A DNA stretch of 50,729 bases, from NCBI GenBank assembly GCA_943355155.1, contig CALREJ010000003.1:1-50729 (forward strand), in the 5' to 3' direction. This document shows, piece by piece, positions 45,777-50,729 of this stretch. This stretch comes from Candidatus Peribacteria bacterium (GTDB lineage Bacteria > Patescibacteriota > Gracilibacteria > Peribacterales > Peribacteraceae). The position numbers were made by a program, and so were the translations under genes. The notes under the pieces are model-generated. The model saw nothing but the letters and a program-made list of their open reading frames with translations. It was not told the origin of the DNA and searched no databases. Numbering within the stretch: the stretch's first letter is position 1; the number at the start of each line of letters is the position of its first letter.

Positions 45777-48474
45777 TTTTCTGCTTCTTCGCCACCGCAT
45801 CAAGCATACCTTTGCTTGGAGGCGGAACGCCGCCTGTCGCAATCAGTTTCTTTTCCAGCTCACCCATCGATGCGATTTCTGCTTCTGAAAGCGTTTCATC
45901 GAGCATCTGACGCTTGCGCAGCGCATTAAATTCATTCAGGTACATTTCTCTGTCACGCCACGCACGATATTCATCGAGCTTCATTCCCTTCGCTTTCGCC
46001 TTTTTACGCTCCTCTTCTTCTTTTTCCTTTGCCTTCTCATTTGTTTTTGTCGCAACTTTTGCTTCGCCAACGGTTGCCGCCCAGCGGAGGATCTTCTCCT
46101 CGACCACTGCACGTTTTTCCGCATAGCGTTCACGGCTCAGGTCTCGAAGGATCTGCACGCGGTCGTCGTCTTGCTTATAATCCGGTGGTGGAAGTGTTGC
46201 GACGGAGAAAGGCTTACTCGGGATGCCATCGATCATCAGGCGCATATAGGCGTGATATTTTGGCAAACTAAGAATGTCCTTTGCCGTCACCATTTCTTCA
46301 AATTGCAGACTCAGGTCTTCCGCATCGTCTGAACCGACTTGGAAGCTGACCATCGAACCGACGTTTCCAAATACCGCATCACGCAGCGCTGTGTCGTTTC
46401 CATTGATGAGTAATTGCCCGACGTATTGATGCGCAACGGTAAGCGCCAAACGGTATTTGCGCGCTTCACTGAGGATCGTCGCGAAGGACTTGGTTGCAAA
46501 GTTTTGGAATTCATCAACGTAGAGGTAGAAATCCTTACGCTCTTTTTCGGGAATATCTGCGCGACTCATTGCATCGATCTGAAACTTCGTCACAAGCATC
46601 GATCCCAAAAATGCGGATGTATCTTCCCCGAGTTTTCCCTTTGATAAATTCACAAGCACGATCTTCCCTGTGTCCATCGCATGACGAATATCTAGAGTAG
46701 ATTTCACCTGTCCGATGATGTTTCTTATGAGTGGGGTCGTGAGCAACTGTCCGATTTTATTCTGAATCGCAGCCACAGCCTCTGTCCGATACTTGTCACT
46801 CCAGCCTGCATATTCCGTTTCCCAGAAGCTTTTCACAACGGGATCGGTGATCTTGGACACAATCTTTTTGCAATAGGCATCGTCACCAAGCATACGAAGG
46901 ATACCAAGCATTGAAGACCCTTCATTTTCGAGCAGTGCGAGCAATGTGTTTCGGAGAATGTGTTCCATGCGCCCCGAAAACGCCTCCGGCCAGAGCTTCG
47001 TAAAAACGCTCATGAGTCCGGAACAGATGAGCGAGCGAGTGTCCGGGTCTTTGGCTTCGAGCATATTAAACGACACCGGAAAGTCGCGGTCTGCAGGATC
47101 GAAGAGAATGACATCATTGCTTCTGTGTTTTGGCACAAACTGGAGGATCGCTTCGATGAGGTCACCGTGCGGGTCGATCACACCGATTCCCTTCCCACTA
47201 TGGATATCACTGAAGATCATGTTTTCGAGCAGCGTAGACTTTCCCATTCCTGTTTTTCCGATCACGTACATGTGACGACGACGATCATCGGGACGGATTC
47301 CGAATGCCATTTTTCTTCCATGAAATACAGACTCACCAAGGATCGTCAGGTTTTCTTCTTTGTCCGAGATATTCGGGATCGGGAGATTCACCGGCGGCTC
47401 CAGTTTTTTCGCCATCACCCAATCCATATTCGGTGTTTTCACGAGAATATTCGGCACATGCCAGAGTGTGGCGATTTCCTCTGCAGAGAGGGCAAAAGGA
47501 GTCACCGTGAATCCCGATGGAAGAGCAGAAGCCGTCTTGATAGCGCAGACATGGAATCCGTTACTCTGTGGCAGCGTAAACTGCCGAAAACTACTCGCAA
47601 TTTCTTGCACTTTCACAAGTGCTTCTTCTTTGTGTTCGATTGGCGTGATCACGCTCACGCGCACATTTGCGAGAAAAAGGAGCCGATTGATCTTGTCCGC
47701 AGCACCCATCATTTTATCTTCCCGATCATGCGTGCGCGCACTGGCATGCAAGATATCATCCGCATGGTCGGATTCCACTTCCTCTCCTGTGAGAAGCGAG
47801 ATTGATGATTTGGGTGTGAGCCCCGAAAAAAGCACGCGCCAGCCACCCATCAACATATCGAATGGGAAGAGATACAATCGTTTCCATCCGCGCGCGAGAT
47901 GTACCTTTGCGTACGCTTTTCCGTACGCAGGCCAGTGTTTGGAAATTCCCTTTTCGAGAAATGGCAAGAATTTGAGCGCGCGCCTGCGATAGCTTTCCCC
48001 CATCGGCTGCAACTCGATCTGCACATGTCCGCGCATTTTCTGCTGTGGATAACGCACAAGTGTCGACGTAATGCCCGCGATCGTATCAACCGACTGTTTT
48101 GTCGACGTATCACTAAACTGCGGATAGCGTTTGATAGGAAACACCTCGGGATCGACGAGTTCCAAGTCCGCATACACGACGATCTCCCCTTCTTTTGGTT
48201 CAAATAAATCCATCGGTGCAATCTCGATCTCTGCATCGGGGAATTGTCCATACATCTGACTCTCAACGAGTGAAGCCACGACGTTTTTGGAGCGCGCAAA
48301 AAGACCAATTTTCCCTTCAGCAAGTCCGATCTCCAGACTCAAATTCCCTTCCCGACGTTCAATAGAATGAAGCGACGACAGCGCCGTTTCCATCATCAGC
48401 GGCCCACGACTCGCACTCACGTCGTCTTGCGTGGGAAGTGATGGCCGAATGCGAAGAAGAATGTTTTGGGACAT
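45763..48474 (-). CDS. VirB4/TrwB/HerA-superfamily ATPase (type common in CPR)
   Basis: DRRRHMYVIGKTGMGKS, IDPHGD, YVDEFQNF, SEARKY and AHQY. Confidence 0.9.
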   Translation of the reverse strand: MSQNILLRIRPSLPTQDDVSASRGPLMMETALSSLHSIERREGNLSLEIGLAEGKIGLFARSKNVVASLVESQMYGQFPDAEIEIAPMDLFEPKEGEIVVYADLELVDPEVFPIKRYPQFSDTSTKQSVDTIAGITSTLVRYPQQKMRGHVQIELQPMGESYRRRALKFLPFLEKGISKHWPAYGKAYAKVHLARGWKRLYLFPFDMLMGGWRVLFSGLTPKSSISLLTGEEVESDHADDILHASARTHDREDKMMGAADKINRLLFLANVRVSVITPIEHKEEALVKVQEIASSFRQFTLPQSNGFHVCAIKTASALPSGFTVTPFALSAEEIATLWHVPNILVKTPNMDWVMAKKLEPPVNLPIPNISDKEENLTILGESVFHGRKMAFGIRPDDRRRHMYVIGKTGMGKSTLLENMIFSDIHSGKGIGVIDPHGDLIEAILQFVPKHRSNDVILFDPADRDFPVSFNMLEAKDPDTRSLICSGLMSVFTKLWPEAFSGRMEHILRNTLLALLENEGSSMLGILRMLGDDAYCKKIVSKITDPVVKSFWETEYAGWSDKYRTEAVAAIQNKIGQLLTTPLIRNIIGQVKSTLDIRHAMDTGKIVLVNLSKGKLGEDTSAFLGSMLVTKFQIDAMSRADIPEKERKDFYLYVDEFQNFATKSFATILSEARKYRLALTVAHQYVGQLLINGNDTALRDAVFGNVGSMVSFQVGSDDAEDLSLQFEEMVTAKDILSLPKYHAYMRLMIDGIPSKPFSVATLPPPDYKQDDDRVQILRDLSRERYAEKRAVVEEKILRWAATVGEAKVATKTNEKAKEKEEEERKKAKAKGMKLDEYRAWRDREMYLNEFNALRKRQMLDETLSEAEIASMGELEKKLIATGGVPPPSKGMLDAVAKKQKITSL

Positions 48475-49184
48475 TATTCCGATCGTAGCAGATCACTCAC
48501 CATCTCAAGCGCCACCGTATTGTACGCGTAATCCATGCGCATGGGACCGATAATCCCAATCGCCCCGGGTTCACCGCGGAGGACATATTGTTTCACGACC
48601 ACAGAACAGCTCGGAATTTCTGTAAGCAGATGTTCCTCACCAATGTAATACCTCACTTGATCACTCAATTCTACGTGTTCGAGGAGATCTGTGAGGCGCC
48701 GCTCGAGCACTTCAACTACTCCCGAGGCGAGTAAGGGATTTAATTGAAATTCCGGCTGACGCAACGTGTTTGCAAGTCCCAAGTAATAGAGTCTGTCTTT
48801 ATGCGGCACCGTTGCAAATGCGATATTTGGAATCATATGTGAAAGCACTGCAACCGCTTCGTACGCACGTTCTTGATCCTTCCGATGGAAATATTGTTCC
48901 TGCAAGGATTCAAATTTCTTTCGCACTTGGAGCTCAAGTCCAGAAGGCTCCATAAATTCCTTCACATACACTCGGTAGCCCTTCGCAGTTGGGATCCTCC
49001 CGGCGGAAATATGCGGCTGCTCCAAAAATCCTTCATCCTCGAGCGCACTCATTTCGTTGCGAATCGTAGCAGAAGACACAGAAAAATCCCCCATTTCCAG
49101 AAGTCGCTTACTTCCAACAGGCAAAGCCGTCTCCACAAACTGATCAATAATGGCAGCCAGAAGCTTCGCCTGACGAGTATTCAT
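48474..49184 (-). CDS. hrcA: Heat-inducible transcription repressor HrcA (short form)
   Basis: PVGSK, SSATIRNEM..LE..G.L.QPHISAGRIPT..GYR and IIGPMRMDY. Confidence 0.95.
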   Translation of the reverse strand: MNTRQAKLLAAIIDQFVETALPVGSKRLLEMGDFSVSSATIRNEMSALEDEGFLEQPHISAGRIPTAKGYRVYVKEFMEPSGLELQVRKKFESLQEQYFHRKDQERAYEAVAVLSHMIPNIAFATVPHKDRLYYLGLANTLRQPEFQLNPLLASGVVEVLERRLTDLLEHVELSDQVRYYIGEEHLLTEIPSCSVVVKQYVLRGEPGAIGIIGPMRMDYAYNTVALEMVSDLLRSE

Positions 49185-49194
49185 TAACGAAAGT

Positions 49195-49221
49195 ATAGCA
49201 GTCTTGGCATGGGAGTGCTAG
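49195..49221 (-). promoter_or_regulatory. CIRCE element overlapping the hrcA -10
   Basis: CTAGCACTC-N9-GACTGCTAT versus consensus TTAGCACTC-N9-GAGTGCTAA; TATACT at 49197-49192. Confidence 0.88.
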
Positions 49222-49236
49222 GAAGTGTGATTATGC

Positions 49237-49995
49237 CTATCTCATCTTTACCAGCTTCATTCCATCAAGAATCCATTTTTCAGGATCTAAACCCGTCCAT
49301 TGGCGAATTTTCATGAATGAGCTTAATATTCTTTCCTTTCTTTGCTGCGCTCGATTGAATTCCTCTGAAGGCTCACCGGCTTTGATGACATCGATCAGGA
49401 AACGAAAAATTCCATTGCTGAGTCCAGCACAATCTGAGCATCCCTCTAATCTTTCAGCAATTCTTTTGGGTGTCATGATTCCTGTTGTTTGGATAGCAGG
49501 TGCATCTGGTCGAGCATGACCTTTTGCAGCTGCATTTTTTAAGCCAACATTTTCCTTTGTCCGAATTTCCTCAGCTATATCCACACTTCTATCTGCATGA
49601 TATTCATGAGTAACAACGCACACGCCTGTTGCACAGCTATCATCTGCAATCTGAAATGCGCGCTGCAATTCATCGTATGTTCGACTGGAATACGCTTCCA
49701 CAAAAGGAGCAGCCAATCTTCCCGTTATTTCATGTGGCACAACACCACAACGAATTGCCTCTTGGGTTTGCGCTCCAGATCGCACCTTTGTGCCCCAATC
49801 CCATGGAGATCCTTCGACATACACTGATGATGTCCTTCTATCTATCAATGTGTCCAAAAATTGTTCCACACATCCGGCAGCAACTCTTGCAACATTTTGT
49901 GCAATTTCTGTTTCTCGATCAGCATGTTCTCTCAACAAAGGAACATATTCTTCCAGAGGAATAGGATAATCATCGCGGACTCCTGTTATAAGCAT
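49237..49995 (-). CDS. YdcF/DUF218-like protein, probably 5'-truncated by the IS
   Basis: E..S..T.DE and VCVVTHEYHADRS motifs; the ORF begins exactly at the IS junction. Confidence 0.55.
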   Translation of the reverse strand: MLITGVRDDYPIPLEEYVPLLREHADRETEIAQNVARVAAGCVEQFLDTLIDRRTSSVYVEGSPWDWGTKVRSGAQTQEAIRCGVVPHEITGRLAAPFVEAYSSRTYDELQRAFQIADDSCATGVCVVTHEYHADRSVDIAEEIRTKENVGLKNAAAKGHARPDAPAIQTTGIMTPKRIAERLEGCSDCAGLSNGIFRFLIDVIKAGEPSEEFNRAQQRKERILSSFMKIRQWTGLDPEKWILDGMKLVKMR

Positions 49996-50728
49996 GGGTC
50001 TCGACTAGATTAGAGAATTCTCTACTCTAGTTCTGCTTATGCCAAAGCCAAAGAACAAGTATCTGAACCATTCCCATATTTCGGAGAAGGTTTTTCGTAA
50101 TCTTTTGCGATATTTTTGTCATGATGAAACAGCAGCAAAAGCAGCGACGTACACAGGGCTGCATCGCAACACGGTGAACAGGATGTATATGCTCTTGCGA
50201 AAGCGCATGGCAGAGATGAGCATTGCAGAAGCACAGGAGCTTGGAGAGTTTGAGATTGATGAATCGTACTTTGGTGCCAGAAGAATTCGTGGCAAGCGTG
50301 GAAGAGGTGCAGCGGGAAAAACACCGGTCTTCGGTGTACTCAAGCGTGGAGGGAAGGTCTATGTGAATATCGTGAAGAACTGTTCCAGAGCACAGCTGTT
50401 GCCCATTATTCAGGGGAAGGCACTGCAAGGCTCCACGATCTACTCAGACGGCTGGAGAGCCTATGATGGCCTCATTCTCAACGGCTACGATCATTACAGA
50501 GTGCATCATCACGAGAATGAATTTGCGCGAGGGAAGAATCATATCAACGGCATCGAGAGCTTCTGGAGCTTTGCCAAAAGAAGACTCAGAAAATTCAATG
50601 GCATCACTTCAGACACATTTCATCTGCATCTCAAAGAATCTGAATTTCGATGGAATCACCGTCACTCCAATCTCTATGCTATACTTCTTCATGTTCTGAA
50701 AAGAACACCTCTAAACTAGTCTAGACCC
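49996..50728 (+). mobile_element. IS1595-family (IS1016-like) insertion sequence, 733 bp
   Basis: Terminal inverted repeats: GGGTCTCGACTAGATTAGAG (49996-50015) matches the reverse complement of 50709-50728, GGGTCTAGACTAGTTTAGAG, at 18/20. Confidence 0.93.
50039..50719 (+). CDS. IS1595-family transposase
   Basis: EIDESYFG, GKRGRGAAGK, IYSDGW.AY, HINGIESFWS and E.EFRWN. Confidence 0.96.
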   Translation: MPKPKNKYLNHSHISEKVFRNLLRYFCHDETAAKAATYTGLHRNTVNRMYMLLRKRMAEMSIAEAQELGEFEIDESYFGARRIRGKRGRGAAGKTPVFGVLKRGGKVYVNIVKNCSRAQLLPIIQGKALQGSTIYSDGWRAYDGLILNGYDHYRVHHHENEFARGKNHINGIESFWSFAKRRLRKFNGITSDTFHLHLKESEFRWNHRHSNLYAILLHVLKRTPLN

Positions 50729-50729
50729 T

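Noticed and set aside
11875-48323. Long antisense ORFs such as 11875-12708, 14486-15247, 24460-25368, 36426-37193 and 46960-47805
   Set aside because: They are shadows of well-supported genes on the opposite strand and have no motifs of their own.
45763-48474. Conjugative element or complete type IV secretion system
   Set aside because: No relaxase, other VirB components or integrase nearby; the ATPase sits among core genes.
1-50729. Alternative genetic code (TGA = Gly, as in Gracilibacteria)
   Set aside because: Conserved genes are full length under code 11 and several end at TGA at the expected position (recQ, dcd, DUF1428, RelE).

Overview
A 50.7-kb piece of bacterial chromosome. Gene content and style suggest a CPR/Patescibacteria organism, most likely Peregrinibacteria/Peribacter-like (inference); TGA is used as stop, so code 11. 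Insertion sequences bound the window: the start and probable end of an IS30-like element on the left, and a complete IS1595-family (IS1016-like) element on the right. Housekeeping genes include recQ, trpS, maf, an RluA synthase, dcd, dnaX, 5-formyl-THF cyclo-ligase, glyA, dgkA, hrcA, tRNA-Gly(TCC) and tRNA-Val(CAC). Accessory genes include a GT4-GH57-GH15 alpha-glucan cluster, a bacterial topoisomerase IB, two toxin-antitoxin pairs, a VirB4/TrwB-like ATPase and many lineage-specific or secreted hypotheticals. The non-coding DNA is the most interesting part: (1) a candidate ~480-nt structured RNA with its own promoter and terminator (44819-45300); (2) an integrase-less array of single-gene cassettes separated by tRNA-Gly 3'-end fragments (5588-7466); (3) two families of short palindromic elements, one found inserted cleanly into a tRNA T-loop and into the other family; (4) pervasive leaderless or C/U-rich start contexts with no Shine-Dalgarno; (5) degenerate heptamer tracts near a four-helix-bundle gene and abutting promoters; (6) tandem NrdR boxes and a CIRCE. 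All calls come from reading the sequence; no database search or folding program was run.
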